Shown here: one piece after another, positions 18,074 through 29,460 of the stretch
How the letters are laid out: each line of letters begins with the position of its first letter
How positions within the stretch are numbered: the first letter of the stretch is position 1
The notes under the pieces: generated by a model
The model's database searches: none
What the model was told of the DNA's origin: nothing
Seen by the model: the letters and a program-made list of their open reading frames with translations, nothing else
Made by a program: the position numbers and the translations under genes
NCBI GenBank assembly: GCA_035559535.1
Contig: DATMBG010000025.1
Span: 62,001-102,873 of the forward strand
Length of the DNA: 40,873 nucleotides
Source of the DNA: Candidatus Limnocylindrales bacterium
Lineage (GTDB): Bacteria; Moduliflexota; Moduliflexia; Moduliflexales; JAUQPW01
Direction of reading: 5' to 3'

Positions 18074-21000
18074 TCACTTATTGCTGTTCCCCAGGTCTCG
18101 TTCATCGGTTAGGGTCTTCCTTTCCTGTAATAGCCGGACAAATTCTTCCGTCGGTAGAGGCCGACTGAAGAGATAGCCCTGGATCTCATCACACCCGTGG
18201 GAGCGCAAGAAGGCCAGTTGTTCCTGGGTTTCCACGCCTTCGGCTATTACTTTCAGCTTCAGATGATGGGCCATGTTGATAATCAGCATGGCTATCATGG
18301 CATCATCGGGATCGGTGGTTATATCCAGGACAAAGGATCGATCTATTTTCAACGTATCTATGGGAAATCGTTTCAGATAGGCTAATGAAGAGTAGCCTGT
18401 TCCAAAATCGTCCACCGATATATGAACCCCCATCTTTTTCAATTCCTTCAAGGTAGTAATGGCGGCCTCTATATTCTCCATGATGATTCCTTCTGTTAAC
18501 TCCAATTCCAGATAGTTGGGATCAAGTCCGGTTTCATTGAGTGTTTGGGCCACTACCTGTATAAAGGTTTGTTGTTTAAACAGGCGGGTTGAAAGGTTAA
18601 CGGCCACCCTCAAGGGGGGATAACCTGCTTCTTGCCAGGCTTTATTTTGGGCGCAGGCAGTACGTAGAACCCAGAATCCCAGAGGCACAATCAATCCAGT
18701 TTCTTCGGCCAGGGGGATAAATTTCATGGGAGGAATCAGTCCCAGATCTGGATGCTGCCAGCGCACCAGAGCTTCCATTCCAACGATCTGTCCCGTTAAG
18801 AGGCTTACCTGAGGTTGGTAATAGACCACGAATTCCCCACGTTCCAGCGCATGACGTAGTTTACCCTCCAGGCTCAATCTCTCGAGGGCTGTGGCGTTCA
18901 TAGTTGAAGTGTAAAATTGATAGTTATTTCGACCCTGTTCTTTAGCTCGATGCAGGGCGGTATCTGCGTTTTTCAATAGGGTTTGAGCATCTTCCCCATC
19001 ATCCGGGTAAAGGGCGATTCCAATACTGGGGGTGATATGGAGTTCGTGATCCTTAAAATAAAAAGGGGACTTGAAGGTTTCCAAAATTTTCTGGACGATC
19101 TTGATCGTGCCTCTGGTATGTTCCACTCCGGGTAATAACAGCATAAATTCATCGCCTCCCAGGCGGGCTACGGTATCTCCTTCCCGCAGGCAGCCTGTCA
19201 GTCGCTGGGCAACGTCCTGTAATAATCGATCTCCCGTGGCATGTCCTAACGTATCATTGATGACCTTGAATCGATCCAGGTCGATGAGCATCACGGCTAC
19301 CTGCTGTTGGTTGCGGTGGGCATGGGCCAGTGCCAGAGTCAGACGATCATTGAATAACAACCGGTTGGGCAGATCGGTCAGGGCATCGTAATAGGCCAGG
19401 TGTCGGATAGTTTCTTCAGCCTGCTTGCGTGGGGTGATATCCATCCATGAACCCACGATCTCTAAGGGTTTGCCGGTAGGATCACGGAGTAATTTCATTT
19501 TATCGTATATCCACCGGTAAGTTCCATTCTTATGTTGGAAGCGGTATTCATAATCCAGGGTATCCTGACCGAAAAGGGTCGGTTGCTGATTGAGAACATG
19601 GGACCGATCTTCTGGGTGGAGGTGGTCAACCCACCAGTTGGGGTCTGTTAGGCATTCAGTTACTTGATAGCCCAGCAAGGTCTTGATATTTTCACTGACA
19701 AAGGAGAGGGGAACAGGGTCTTGGGGATAAATAGAGGTTGTCCTCAAGCTATAGATCACCGTCGGGCTGACAGTGAGCAGGTGATTGAGATGTATATGGG
19801 CTTCCTTGAGTGCTTTTTCCGCTCGTTTACGCTGAATGGCTTCCGCCAGCACATTGGCAACTGATTGGAAGAAATGCACATCATCCTGGGAGAACATCCG
19901 CTGACGGGTAGTATGTGCACCCAGGACCCCGAAGGGTTCCTGGAGGTTTCCGATAATGATGCTGACACCGCTGACAATACCATGATTGTACAGTAGCAGG
20001 TCAGTGAATCGGGTCTCGGTATATAGATCTTCGACAATGACCGGTTCCTTCACGAGTAATGTGAAGCCTGCCTGTGAGTTATGGGCCATGCCGACGGTGA
20101 TTTGGTCGATCAAGCTTTCCTCCCAACCGACACCGGCAACAAGTTTCAGTCTATTACCATCGGGCAACAGTTCCAGCACTTGACAGTATTCTATTCCAAG
20201 CGTGGTGGCAACCATCGTCACAGCCTGATCGAAGAGCTGCTGAAGATCTGCACCTGCCAGCGCCAACTGCCCCAGGGTGGCCACCACGGCTTGCTGCTGG
20301 GCGCGGGTGGCCAGGGCTTCCTCTGCCCGCTTCCGCTCGGCTAATTCCTGCTGAGCAGCCGTGTACAGTCGGGCATTATCCAGAGCAATGGAGGCCAGTT
20401 CGGCAAATCGGCTTAATAACTCAATTTCTTCGTCTTCAAATTTCTGACCTTCTTCGGTCCAGGCCAGGCCGATCACCCCTATAACCTGCTGACCAGATTT
20501 GAGGGGTACTCCAACGAGTGCACGGAAGATATTGAATCTTGGATCCGATGTACGGCCTGACCAGGTAGGATAATCTTCTACCTTTAGAGGTTGTCCCGTT
20601 TGCCAGACCTTTCCGGCCAGCCCTTCGCCATATCTCAATCGGTAACCGATAAATTTACTAAAAGCCCCTATTCCTACTTTAACCGTCATCTCGGCTCCTT
20701 CGGCTTCAGCCAGATAGATGTAACCATGGGGGGTACCGATCAGAGCCGCTGCACGTACTGTGATGGCTTCAAGTAGATCAGCCAAATCCAACCGGCTCAT
20801 CAGGGCCAGAGTGGTTTCGTGTAGCGCCGTGAGATATTCATTCTGCCGGCGTAACTTCTCTTCCACCCTTGTCCGTTTAATAATTTCCGTAGTAAGAGCC
20901 GCCGTCCTCTCTGCCACTTTTTCTTCCAGATGCTCGTTCAGTGCCCTCAATTCATCCCGTACCTTCATCAGTTCCAGATTCTCCTGAACAGCGGTTTCGT

Positions 21001-21511
21001 AAGTAGAAAGGAGAAGGTCTAAGATCTGCAGACGTTCTGCATTGATAAAATAAGTATGGTCCGCAAAGAAGACATTGATACCCATTTGCACGACCGCACT
21101 TTTACGCAGTTCCATATTGGCAAGTATGTAGTGGATGCGAGAGAGAAGATATTTTTTATCATAGGGTTTTGTGATGAAATTACTGGCTCCACACTCCAAA
21201 GCTCTAAGAACATCTGTAGGGTCAGAAAGAGCCGTCAAAAGAATCACGGGAATGTCTTTGAGATTTTTATCCGCTTTGATCAACCGGCAGAGTTCGTAGC
21301 CATCCATTTCCGGCATGAGAATATCGCTGATCACCAAGGTGGGTCTGTAACGATTTAACATGGCAAGAGCTTCTTTACCATTTCTGGCAATTAAAACGTG
21401 ATAAGTGTTTTGCTCAAGGATATTCCTCAGATGCTCAGCCTGGGTAGGACTGTCTTCAACGATAAGAATTTCGATTTTAGGGTTCTGAGACTCTCTCTGG
21501 ACATGATTCAT
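18074..21511 (-). CDS. REC-GAF-GAF-PAS-GGDEF-EAL c-di-GMP signalling protein, output of the chemosensory operon
   Basis: Receiver domain (IVEDS, SDILMP, KP), two GAF domains, PAS/PAC (HPEDR), RxxD plus GGDEF, EAL and DDFGTGYSS. Confidence 0.93.
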   Translation of the reverse strand: MNHVQRESQNPKIEILIVEDSPTQAEHLRNILEQNTYHVLIARNGKEALAMLNRYRPTLVISDILMPEMDGYELCRLIKADKNLKDIPVILLTALSDPTDVLRALECGASNFITKPYDKKYLLSRIHYILANMELRKSAVVQMGINVFFADHTYFINAERLQILDLLLSTYETAVQENLELMKVRDELRALNEHLEEKVAERTAALTTEIIKRTRVEEKLRRQNEYLTALHETTLALMSRLDLADLLEAITVRAAALIGTPHGYIYLAEAEGAEMTVKVGIGAFSKFIGYRLRYGEGLAGKVWQTGQPLKVEDYPTWSGRTSDPRFNIFRALVGVPLKSGQQVIGVIGLAWTEEGQKFEDEEIELLSRFAELASIALDNARLYTAAQQELAERKRAEEALATRAQQQAVVATLGQLALAGADLQQLFDQAVTMVATTLGIEYCQVLELLPDGNRLKLVAGVGWEESLIDQITVGMAHNSQAGFTLLVKEPVIVEDLYTETRFTDLLLYNHGIVSGVSIIIGNLQEPFGVLGAHTTRQRMFSQDDVHFFQSVANVLAEAIQRKRAEKALKEAHIHLNHLLTVSPTVIYSLRTTSIYPQDPVPLSFVSENIKTLLGYQVTECLTDPNWWVDHLHPEDRSHVLNQQPTLFGQDTLDYEYRFQHKNGTYRWIYDKMKLLRDPTGKPLEIVGSWMDITPRKQAEETIRHLAYYDALTDLPNRLLFNDRLTLALAHAHRNQQQVAVMLIDLDRFKVINDTLGHATGDRLLQDVAQRLTGCLREGDTVARLGGDEFMLLLPGVEHTRGTIKIVQKILETFKSPFYFKDHELHITPSIGIALYPDDGEDAQTLLKNADTALHRAKEQGRNNYQFYTSTMNATALERLSLEGKLRHALERGEFVVYYQPQVSLLTGQIVGMEALVRWQHPDLGLIPPMKFIPLAEETGLIVPLGFWVLRTACAQNKAWQEAGYPPLRVAVNLSTRLFKQQTFIQVVAQTLNETGLDPNYLELELTEGIIMENIEAAITTLKELKKMGVHISVDDFGTGYSSLAYLKRFPIDTLKIDRSFVLDITTDPDDAMIAMLIINMAHHLKLKVIAEGVETQEQLAFLRSHGCDEIQGYLFSRPLPTEEFVRLLQERKTLTDERDLGNSNK

Positions 21512-21561
21512 GGAGCTGGCTCCTTTCTTAACTCAAAACTTAAAAGATAGATTTTAGCGGC

Positions 21562-22611
21562 TCATTTTTTATTTGCTAAACCCGCCAATATCGCTGCAAT
21601 CTTATCCGGTGAAAGTATATAGGTCGCTGCACCAAGCTTGATGGCCTCTCCTGGCATGCCGTGGACCACAGAACTTTCTTTATCCTGGGCAATGGTCATC
21701 GCGCCTTTTTCTTTCATCAACTTCAATTCCTCTGCCCCATCTTTACCCATACCGCTGAGCAGGATGCCCACGGCATTTTCCCCATAGTTATTGGCTACAG
21801 AACGGAAAAGATAAGAAACCGAAGGCCGAAGACCATTTTCCGGTTCATCCTGGGTGAGGACAATTCTTCTATTCCCATCCACCTTCATCTGAAACCCATC
21901 TGGAGCCACATAGACATGCCCTGGAAGAATGGGTTCTCCATTCACTGCAGCATGAATCAACAGGTCTGACTGTTGATTTAACCACTCTATAAATCCCTGG
22001 ATAAAACCTGCTGTCATATGCTGGACGACCAGGATAGGAACCGGAAAATCTTTTGGAAGTCGGGATAGAATGGTCTGGAGTGCAAGAGGACCACCGGTGG
22101 AAGCACCTATGGCGACAAGCTTGATTTCTGCGGGTATTTGCCTGATCTCCACCTTCGAAGGTACCGAAGTCGGTACCTCTTTTGGTGGGTATTTGGCCCA
22201 CCGTTTAACTACCCTTACTTCCGACATGAGTTTCACCGTTTGAACTAATTCCTTTGCCATAGCCTCATGGGCTGGATGGCCTATAGCACTTGGCTTTTGT
22301 ACCACGGCAAGGGCTCCTGCTTCCATGGCACGAAAGGCCGTCGTTACTTCTTGGATCTCCATACTTCCACTCACGATGATGATGGGCGTTGGAACCGTCT
22401 CCATGACTCTGCGGGTTATCTCAAACCCGTCCATCTTCGGTAGATGGATATCCATTGTGATGAGATCGGGTTTCTGGTCCCTAACCACTTCCAGGACCTC
22501 CTCGCCATTGGATATAACCCCTATAACTCGAATATCCGGATCAGAGTTGAGGATATGGGTTAAAAATTCAGCTATCACAGGTGAATCTTCTACAATAAGA
22601 ACTTTGATCAT
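21562..22611 (-). CDS. cheB: Chemotaxis methylesterase CheB (REC + methylesterase)
   Basis: GASTGGP, VQHM, RPSV and SGMGKDGA motifs; N-terminal receiver domain. Confidence 0.95.
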   Translation of the reverse strand: MIKVLIVEDSPVIAEFLTHILNSDPDIRVIGVISNGEEVLEVVRDQKPDLITMDIHLPKMDGFEITRRVMETVPTPIIIVSGSMEIQEVTTAFRAMEAGALAVVQKPSAIGHPAHEAMAKELVQTVKLMSEVRVVKRWAKYPPKEVPTSVPSKVEIRQIPAEIKLVAIGASTGGPLALQTILSRLPKDFPVPILVVQHMTAGFIQGFIEWLNQQSDLLIHAAVNGEPILPGHVYVAPDGFQMKVDGNRRIVLTQDEPENGLRPSVSYLFRSVANNYGENAVGILLSGMGKDGAEELKLMKEKGAMTIAQDKESSVVHGMPGEAIKLGAATYILSPDKIAAILAGLANKK

Positions 22612-22626
22612 ATTTCTCTCCTTGGT

Positions 22627-25206
22627 TTATATCAGCCTTTGGATTACCTCCAACAGGTTACTCTGTTCAAAACCGCTTTTTATAATGTAAGCATTGGCGC
22701 CAACATCTATTCCTCGCTCCTGATCCTCCTTCGAAGCCAGTGAGGTAACCAACACAACGGGTAATTCTGAAAGTCTCTTGTCGGTACGGATCTTGGCTGT
22801 GAGTTCAAACCCATTCAGCCTGGGCATATCCACATCCGATACAACCAGATCAAAGTCTTCATTATTTAAGGCTGTAAGCGCATCAACACCGTCTACAACG
22901 GTTTTGACGTGATATCCAGCCGATTCCAAAATATTTTTCAATAGAGTTCTCGTCGTGATCGAGTCTTCTACAACCAAAATAGACTTTCTTTTGGCTTCAA
23001 CTTCCTTGTCTACAGGAGTAGTTCTAGAGGGGCCGGAGGCTATCTTTATAGCAGATTTCATCAAATCAGAGACATTCAAAATAGGTACCACTTTACCCGT
23101 TCCCAAAATGGTAGCTCCAGCAATATTACGTACCCGGGAGAGCTGGTTACCCAAGCTTTTAACCAGCACTTCCTGCTCATTGAGCACTTTATCCACGCTG
23201 AAAGCGATACGCTTTTCTTTAGTACCAAGAACCAATACAGAGATAAATTTAGGGGCTTCTCCCAACGGGAGTGATGGGGGGAAGAGTCCTCTTACCTCCA
23301 TCCCCTCACTCTCCATCCCCTTTTCCTGAAGCTTCAGAAGGGAGGCAGAGGAGATTTTAGGCATTCCTTTAAGTACGGGCGTAAGGCATTGCGCCCCTAC
23401 GGTTAAATCAACGGCGTTAGCACCTTCCCTTTGTACCGGACGTAGGGGCACACGGCCGTGCGCCAGTACTTTTTTTTCTCTCTCAGGAAGTTCTAAGACA
23501 TCTGCGAGCCGAACAATGGGAACTACTTGCCCGTCCAGGGTAATGGTATCTTTATTTTCAACGGTTTTAATTTCATCCTTTTTAATCCTGACCACTCTTT
23601 CCACATTCACACTGGGAATCACAAAAAGATGTTCATCCACCTGAACGAGAACCCCTCTGAACGTGGCGAGCGTCAGCGGAAGAAGTATCCGAAAGGTAGA
23701 CCCGACCTGGGGGTAAGTTTCCACGGATATGAGGCCTCCAAGTTTTTCGACCTTCTCTCGTACGATAGCCAGACCGAGCCCTCGACCTGAAATATCGGTA
23801 ATAAGGGGGCTGGTCGAAACGCCTGATTGGAAAATGAACGAGAGGATCTCTTGCTCGCCAAGTCGGTCTACTTCTTCTTGGGAAACTAGGCCAAGCTTGA
23901 GGGCGCTAGCTTTCACTTTCGTCAGGTCGATTCCGGTTCCGTCATCGGAAATGAGAACTTCAACGCTGTTGCTGTTTTTCTGAGAGATGGAGAGAGTGAT
24001 TGTCCCTCGAGGCGGCTTCTTTTTTCTTATTCGTTCCTTGGGATCTTCAATTCCATGATCGATACAATTCCTTATCAGATGAATGAAGGGATCTTTCATC
24101 TCTTCTAAAATCCGCTTGTCGATTTCAATCTCCCCTCCTTGAATTACCAATTCCACATCTTTGCCGAGATCCCGGGAGAGTTCCCGGATGAGCTTCGGAA
24201 AGATTTCTAAAAGCGATGAGAAAGGTAACATGAGCACCTTCTTCATATCTTCCAGGAGATTATCCACCATCCCTCCCAGAAAACGGCTGTCATACTCAGC
24301 CGACCTGGTTAACATCGCAAGCCTGTTCTCCAGCGATCCAATAGTCGCATGGCTCCAATCCAAAAACTCCAGGAGTCTAGGACCGGGAATAGGGTCAGTA
24401 TACCCAACTCTTCCCTGACGCAATTTATTTTCTCTTTTAAGTAACTGCCGAACCCTTCGGACCTCGGGTTGAACTTTTGTCCATTTTTGCTTCCACAGGT
24501 TCAGGATAGCTTTAATCTCTTTGAGATCCGCAGCACGCTGGTTTGTCATGAGCTTTACAGAGAGCATCTCTTCCACTTGAAGGAGCAGCGAGTTTAATTT
24601 TATCGAAGAGATTCGGACTGTGTCTGTCCCTGAAGGCTTCTCAGGAACAAAGGGTTTCTGACTTCCCGGTAAGTGAAGCGGACTTTGTTCTCCCCCACTT
24701 TGACTTTCACCGGTAGAAGGAATAGCCTGTACCCCTTCTAAGGGATTCTTACTTTCTATTTCCTTCAGTCCCTCATGCGGAGGAGGCGGGAATACATTGG
24801 AAGAAATACCCTTAAGTTGCTGAAGCAGGATTGAAATCTTCGATTTTTCCTCGGCGGTTCGTTCGATCTCGGTAGAGGAAAGGCATTTATCGAGGCTATC
24901 TACGACCCCATGGAGTACGTCGAACAAGGTGGGCGACAAGGTTATTTCCTTGCGTTTTAATCCGGCAAAAACGTGCTCCATTGCCTGGCAGATCCTTTCA
25001 ACCTCCGTCAGGTTTACGGAGCGGGCAGCACCTTTCAAACTGTGGGCTTCCCGAAAGATGGTTTCGAGGAGCTCCATCTGTTTTTCACCAACGGGAACTT
25101 TTTCCAGTTCAAACAACCCGGAAGAGATCTTCAGAAGGTGCTCCTGGGCCTCGACCTTGAAGGTCGAGAGTAGTTTTTTGAGAAACTCCTCATCTGTTTT
25201 GTTCAT
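22627..25206 (-). CDS. cheA: Hybrid CheA (HPt-HATPase-CheW-REC), WspE-like
   Basis: FREAHSLKG, HLIRNCIDHGIE, DDGTGID, SGRGLGL, a CheW domain and a C-terminal receiver. Start placed at ATG25206 (MNKTDEE) after RBS AAGGAGG. Confidence 0.95.
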   Translation of the reverse strand: MNKTDEEFLKKLLSTFKVEAQEHLLKISSGLFELEKVPVGEKQMELLETIFREAHSLKGAARSVNLTEVERICQAMEHVFAGLKRKEITLSPTLFDVLHGVVDSLDKCLSSTEIERTAEEKSKISILLQQLKGISSNVFPPPPHEGLKEIESKNPLEGVQAIPSTGESQSGGEQSPLHLPGSQKPFVPEKPSGTDTVRISSIKLNSLLLQVEEMLSVKLMTNQRAADLKEIKAILNLWKQKWTKVQPEVRRVRQLLKRENKLRQGRVGYTDPIPGPRLLEFLDWSHATIGSLENRLAMLTRSAEYDSRFLGGMVDNLLEDMKKVLMLPFSSLLEIFPKLIRELSRDLGKDVELVIQGGEIEIDKRILEEMKDPFIHLIRNCIDHGIEDPKERIRKKKPPRGTITLSISQKNSNSVEVLISDDGTGIDLTKVKASALKLGLVSQEEVDRLGEQEILSFIFQSGVSTSPLITDISGRGLGLAIVREKVEKLGGLISVETYPQVGSTFRILLPLTLATFRGVLVQVDEHLFVIPSVNVERVVRIKKDEIKTVENKDTITLDGQVVPIVRLADVLELPEREKKVLAHGRVPLRPVQREGANAVDLTVGAQCLTPVLKGMPKISSASLLKLQEKGMESEGMEVRGLFPPSLPLGEAPKFISVLVLGTKEKRIAFSVDKVLNEQEVLVKSLGNQLSRVRNIAGATILGTGKVVPILNVSDLMKSAIKIASGPSRTTPVDKEVEAKRKSILVVEDSITTRTLLKNILESAGYHVKTVVDGVDALTALNNEDFDLVVSDVDMPRLNGFELTAKIRTDKRLSELPVVLVTSLASKEDQERGIDVGANAYIIKSGFEQSNLLEVIQRLI
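23373..23469. repeat. Inverted doublet of 28-nt GTAG-type REP-like palindromes inside cheA
   Basis: GTACGGGCGTAAGGCATTGCGCCCCTAC (23373-23400) and GTAGGGGCACACGGCCGTGCGCCAGTAC (23442-23469). The first is 27/28 identical to the intergenic copy at 30457. Confidence 0.85.
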
Positions 25207-25289
25207 AACGCCTCCTTCAATTTGAAGACGATGGAGGGGAACCAGGAACAATCTCAGTTTTTCTCCCTGTCTGCCTGCAGGCAGATTAT

Positions 25290-26894
25290 TCACTTTCTCC
25301 TTTCTGTCAGGGAGATTATGAGTTCTGAGAGTTTACCGGCGGTCATACCCTCGGATTCCGGTAAAACATCCCCTTCCTGATAACCCTGTAAGAGCCTGAG
25401 GGTATTCTCAAAATATCTGGCCGATTCTTTAAACCTTCCTTGTTGCTGGGTGAGATTTCCCAGCACAAAGTGAGCAAGCACAAAATTCTGATCGAGATAG
25501 AGGGCCCGCTTTAGAGCTACCATAGCCTCTTCCATTTGACCCTGCTCCTGGAGAATAAGTCCAAGGAGGTAATGATAACCCGGATTCAACTTGTTAATGG
25601 CAATGGCTTTTTTACACCAGGAAAGTGCTTCCTGAAGCTTACCCTGGTTGGCGTAAACTTTCGCCAAGAGAGCCGCCGCTTTCTCTTGAAGGTTCAATTC
25701 TTTTTGCCCTTGCGAGAACAAACTCAAAACCTTCTCGGCTGCTTCTGCGTAACAACCCTGCTCATAAAGGATCAAAGCTTCCCCATACAAATCGCCCGTC
25801 GGAGGGATCTTAGCCGGTTGTTTCATGGGAATTCTTTCAGGGAAGCCGGGTTCCTCGTCTGGAGTAGTCCTGGTTTCCTTTGTTCCTTGGTGAGGCAAAC
25901 GGTTCTTTCCAGCACTTTGATCCCCAAGGGCCGCAGAGGTCGTTCCGTCTATAAAGTTAAACCATGCTTTCACCTGAGCACCATCCGCAGGAATAATTTC
26001 GGTTATCCCTGTAAGACAGCTAAACTCGTCACTATAAAGGAGTCTCCCGCTCATTTTCCTGTAAAGAATGGCATTGGGAAAATGAACCGAGGTGAATTGA
26101 GAAAAGAGGGTGCGGGAAACTTCACCGGAACCGGTCACAAGCCATCCCCCCTCCTCAAGGGAAAGGTAGAGATTTCGGATGACCTTTTTGGCTTCTTCCG
26201 GAGCAAAATAGATAAGCACATTGCGGCAAAAGATAATATCCAGCGTATGAATGTTATTTAAGGGTGAGGGATAACCTCCTTCCGCCAGATTCAGATAAAA
26301 GAAGGTCACTCTCTTCTTAATATCCGGGAGGATCTCAAACTGATTTTTCTTTTTCTGCCTGAAATATTTCTCTTTAATCCATAGAGGAGTATCCCGAAAG
26401 GACCATTCGCTGTAAATACCTTCCGAGGCCTTCTTAAGAAAACGGGGATTGATATCTGTAGCCAGAATCGTGATATGCCAATCCTGCCAATCCGGGAGCA
26501 CTTTGCTCAGTAAAATAGCGATAGAGTAAGGTTCCTCACCCGTGCAACACCCTGCGCTCCAGATTCTCAAACTCTGATTAATCCCACGACGGGAACGGAT
26601 CAATTCTGGAAGAATATACTCTTCGAGGATCTCAAAACTTTTTTTCTCCCGAAAGAAATAAGTTTCTCCAATCGTAAGATGAACGGCCAATATCTCGATC
26701 TGGTCCCTGGTTGGTGGGGAAGACATTAACCACTGAATGCACAATCCGACATCCTCAAAACCAAACTCTCGTGAAGCGGAACTTATTCCACGCTCGAGGT
26801 CATTCCAACGTTCCTTAGGAAAGTATAGACCTAGCTGACTCGAAATGAACTCACTAAACTGAGAAAGAAGATCATCTGAAAGGATCCGGTTCAT
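25290..26894 (-). CDS. cheR: CheR methyltransferase with C-terminal TPRs, WspC-like
   Basis: TIGETYFFRE, WSAGCCTGEEPYS, ATDIN and IFCRNVLIYF; TPR repeats at the C-terminus. Confidence 0.95.
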   Translation of the reverse strand: MNRILSDDLLSQFSEFISSQLGLYFPKERWNDLERGISSASREFGFEDVGLCIQWLMSSPPTRDQIEILAVHLTIGETYFFREKKSFEILEEYILPELIRSRRGINQSLRIWSAGCCTGEEPYSIAILLSKVLPDWQDWHITILATDINPRFLKKASEGIYSEWSFRDTPLWIKEKYFRQKKKNQFEILPDIKKRVTFFYLNLAEGGYPSPLNNIHTLDIIFCRNVLIYFAPEEAKKVIRNLYLSLEEGGWLVTGSGEVSRTLFSQFTSVHFPNAILYRKMSGRLLYSDEFSCLTGITEIIPADGAQVKAWFNFIDGTTSAALGDQSAGKNRLPHQGTKETRTTPDEEPGFPERIPMKQPAKIPPTGDLYGEALILYEQGCYAEAAEKVLSLFSQGQKELNLQEKAAALLAKVYANQGKLQEALSWCKKAIAINKLNPGYHYLLGLILQEQGQMEEAMVALKRALYLDQNFVLAHFVLGNLTQQQGRFKESARYFENTLRLLQGYQEGDVLPESEGMTAGKLSELIISLTERRK

Positions 26895-26936
26895 AATTAC
26901 CTTTACAAAGCAGGAAGATAGAAGTCAGAACGGATA

Positions 26937-26964
26937 GTAGGGACGATCGGCCGGTCGTCCTTAC
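26937..26964 (+). repeat. 28-nt GTAG-type REP-like palindrome
   Basis: GTAGGGACGATCGGCCGGTCGTCCTTAC. Confidence 0.7.
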
Positions 26965-26993
26965 TTCTATCTCACGAGATTTTCCTCTTTCTC

Positions 26994-27452
26994 TCACTTC
27001 CCCTCCCTTCCTAAAATTTCAGGAGGGGGAGGGAAGTAAAGGGAGAGTAGCTTATCAAGATTATGCAAAATGATTGCCATCCCATCTTCGAGTTTTACCA
27101 TCCCCTTCACATATTCCATGCCGGGAAGAATTTCCTCTGTCGTAATTACTTCCTGCTCCGGGTTTTCGATCACACCCCTCACGGTGTCTACCATCAAGGC
27201 TATCCTCTGACTTGAGGGGTGTATAATAATAAGCTGATCACTCAGATTCACCTCTCGCTCCGGCAAGCAGAGCCACTTACGGACATTTACCACAGGAATA
27301 ATCTGTCCTTGCAAATTAATGACGCCCAGGATAAACTCAGATGTCTTCGGTAAAGGAATCACTTCAACCACCCGCACAACTCTTTCCACCATGGAGAGAT
27401 CAAGGGCATAACGTTGTTCATCCAGGATAAAAACAACCAGTGATTTATTCAT
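26994..27452 (-). CDS. cheW: CheW adaptor
   Basis: LVVF..YAL..VERV, GVINLQGQIIPVV and ALMVD.V motifs. Confidence 0.9.
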   Translation of the reverse strand: MNKSLVVFILDEQRYALDLSMVERVVRVVEVIPLPKTSEFILGVINLQGQIIPVVNVRKWLCLPEREVNLSDQLIIIHPSSQRIALMVDTVRGVIENPEQEVITTEEILPGMEYVKGMVKLEDGMAIILHNLDKLLSLYFPPPPEILGREGK

Positions 27453-27489
27453 AACTATTTGTCTGCTGGCAGGCCGAAAAGTAAGCTTC

Positions 27490-27675
27490 TCAGGGGATAC
27501 CTCCCTCAGGTAGGTTTTTTGTGATGACCGGGTGGAAACCCTCTCTCCTGCTTGCTTTGGACCTGTCGAAGAGCAACCCTTTAGGGGGGGGGAGGAAATT
27601 GTCCTTCGACAGGCTCAGGACAAAAGGGGTACAGCCTCCCTTCAAAGAAACCTTACTCCTGAAAGTCTCCTTTGA
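27490..27675. repeat. Composite palindromic intergenic element
   Basis: Inner inverted pair CCTGTCGAAG (about 27562) / CTTCGACAGG (about 27604) inside a degenerate outer inverted repeat. Confidence 0.55.
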
Positions 27676-27743
27676 TCTCCCCACCAAGGGCGACTTTGTG
27701 CCACAGCGTAGTGTTAGTTCCGTTGCTTCTCATTGCAAAACCC

Positions 27744-29381
27744 TTATATCTTATATTGTTCAACCAGTTGCTTCAGTTTCTGGCCCAACTGGTGCAGGGT
27801 TTGAGCTGTTGTTTCCACCTGTCGGGTACTGGTAACATTTTGGGTACTGGCCTGTTTAATATTCTCCATAGCCAGTGCTACCTGATCCATCCCTACCAGT
27901 TGCTGCTGACTCGATGCAGCTATCTGTACTGCGGCTTCCGCCGACTTCATTATACTCTCCGCCAGTGCAGCAATGGACTCTCCCGCTTCCCTGGATTGCT
28001 TTACACCCGCCTCCACCGCTTTGCTTCCCTGCTCGGTAGCCATCACCGCTGCAGTTGTTGCTTTCTGGATATCATTCAAAATGGCTCGCACTTGTGCCGT
28101 TGCCTGTTTTGATTGCTCGGCCAGGCTTTTCACTTCCTGAGCTACCACAGAGAACCCTTTCCCCTGTTCTCCTGCTTTTGCCGCTTCAATGGCTGCATTA
28201 ACCGCTAAAAGATTTGACTGCTCGGCCAGGTCATCGACGGTGGCAATAATCTCCCCGATGCTTTGGCTCTGCTCGCTGAGCCGCATAATACTCTCCGCGA
28301 TGGATTCTACCTGTTCTCGGATACGATTCATCCCCTCAAGGGATTCTTCTATAGATTTCTTGCCGCTTTGGGCTATTTGGGCTGCTTCTTGTGCACTCTT
28401 GGAAACATAATTTGCTTTTTGACTGGTCAATTGGGCTGTCTGTTTGACTTCCTCAACGGTTGTGGTTGTTTGACTTATGGCTGTAGCGGTTTCTGCAGCA
28501 CCGGAGGCAACCTGAGCAGTTGCCGTCAAGATTTCACTGGTAGAAGAGGCCAGAACATTGACGCCTTCCCGCATCTCACGGGTTACCTCCTGCAGATTCT
28601 CCATCATTTTGCGAAACGTCTGGGTCAAGATGCCTACTTCATCGGTTCGATTGTCGGAAGGAACACTGACAGCCAGATTCCCCAGAGCGACCTGCTCGGC
28701 TACATTGGAGATTTCCTTGAGAGGCCTGGAAATGATCCGATTCAGAAACATCACCATCCCCATACTTATCCCAAGGGCCATCAAACAGGTGATTACAAAA
28801 ATACGGACAGATCGATTTGCCTTCTGCTCTGACTCTATGAGAGAGAGTTGGGCGTTTTCCTCTGCTTTCTTTCCCAGTTCTTCGGCGATATTTAGTAAAT
28901 TTCGACGACGCTCAAACTGTGTGCCGAGAACTAACCCCTTGGCCTCTTCAACCTTCCCCCCATAAATCAAGGGAATGACCTGGGTATCCCGGACCTGCTT
29001 TAAAGCCATCAGGGTAGTACTCAACTCTTCAAGTTTACGGAAAATGTTAGGATCGTTCTGATTACGTTCGAGGAGCCTTTTTAGGATCTCATCAATCTGA
29101 TGGGTACGGTCCTTAATATCCTGCTCCCACATCTCTTGATCAGATCGGTTGTTCACCAACATCAGGGTTAATATACCTGCCCGTTCTGCATTTAGGTTCG
29201 TTTTGAGAGCTAATAGATCTATAGCATTGGCAAAATCCTTTTGATACAAGCTTTTCTGGGACCCCTGAATCGCTATAATACCCGTATAAGCCGTGGCTAC
29301 TGCGATTATCAATAAAACTACAATCAAGCCAAAGCCCAGGAGGAGTTTAGTTCGTGTTGAGAGATTGAGAAACCAGTTCAT
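27744..29381 (-). CDS. Methyl-accepting chemotaxis protein (TM-4HB sensor-TM-HAMP-MA), WspA-like
   Basis: Two TM segments, HAMP (PL..I...A.G.L, DEVG.L) and the signalling hairpin [35 protein letters not shown]. Confidence 0.95.
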   Translation of the reverse strand: MNWFLNLSTRTKLLLGFGLIVVLLIIAVATAYTGIIAIQGSQKSLYQKDFANAIDLLALKTNLNAERAGILTLMLVNNRSDQEMWEQDIKDRTHQIDEILKRLLERNQNDPNIFRKLEELSTTLMALKQVRDTQVIPLIYGGKVEEAKGLVLGTQFERRRNLLNIAEELGKKAEENAQLSLIESEQKANRSVRIFVITCLMALGISMGMVMFLNRIISRPLKEISNVAEQVALGNLAVSVPSDNRTDEVGILTQTFRKMMENLQEVTREMREGVNVLASSTSEILTATAQVASGAAETATAISQTTTTVEEVKQTAQLTSQKANYVSKSAQEAAQIAQSGKKSIEESLEGMNRIREQVESIAESIMRLSEQSQSIGEIIATVDDLAEQSNLLAVNAAIEAAKAGEQGKGFSVVAQEVKSLAEQSKQATAQVRAILNDIQKATTAAVMATEQGSKAVEAGVKQSREAGESIAALAESIMKSAEAAVQIAASSQQQLVGMDQVALAMENIKQASTQNVTSTRQVETTAQTLHQLGQKLKQLVEQYKI

Positions 29382-29460
29382 AACTTATTCCTCTCTCCAA
29401 TTTTAGATTGCAGAATGTAGACTGGTCACTCCGCAATCCACGTTCTGCATTCCCCAGCAG

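Noticed and set aside
24388-24412. Possible second REP-derived insert in cheA (RVGYTDP, ATAGGGTCAGTATACCCAACTCT)
   Set aside because: The palindrome is too degenerate to support without an orthologue alignment.
25207-25293. Longer cheA start (MNNLPAGRQG...)
   Set aside because: The extension is translated palindromic repeat; ATG25206 has a strong AAGGAGG RBS.
27490-27835. ORFs 27490-27687 and 27521-27835
   Set aside because: They are translations of the palindromic repeat (SFDRLRT / LSLSKD), a typical spurious-ORF pattern.
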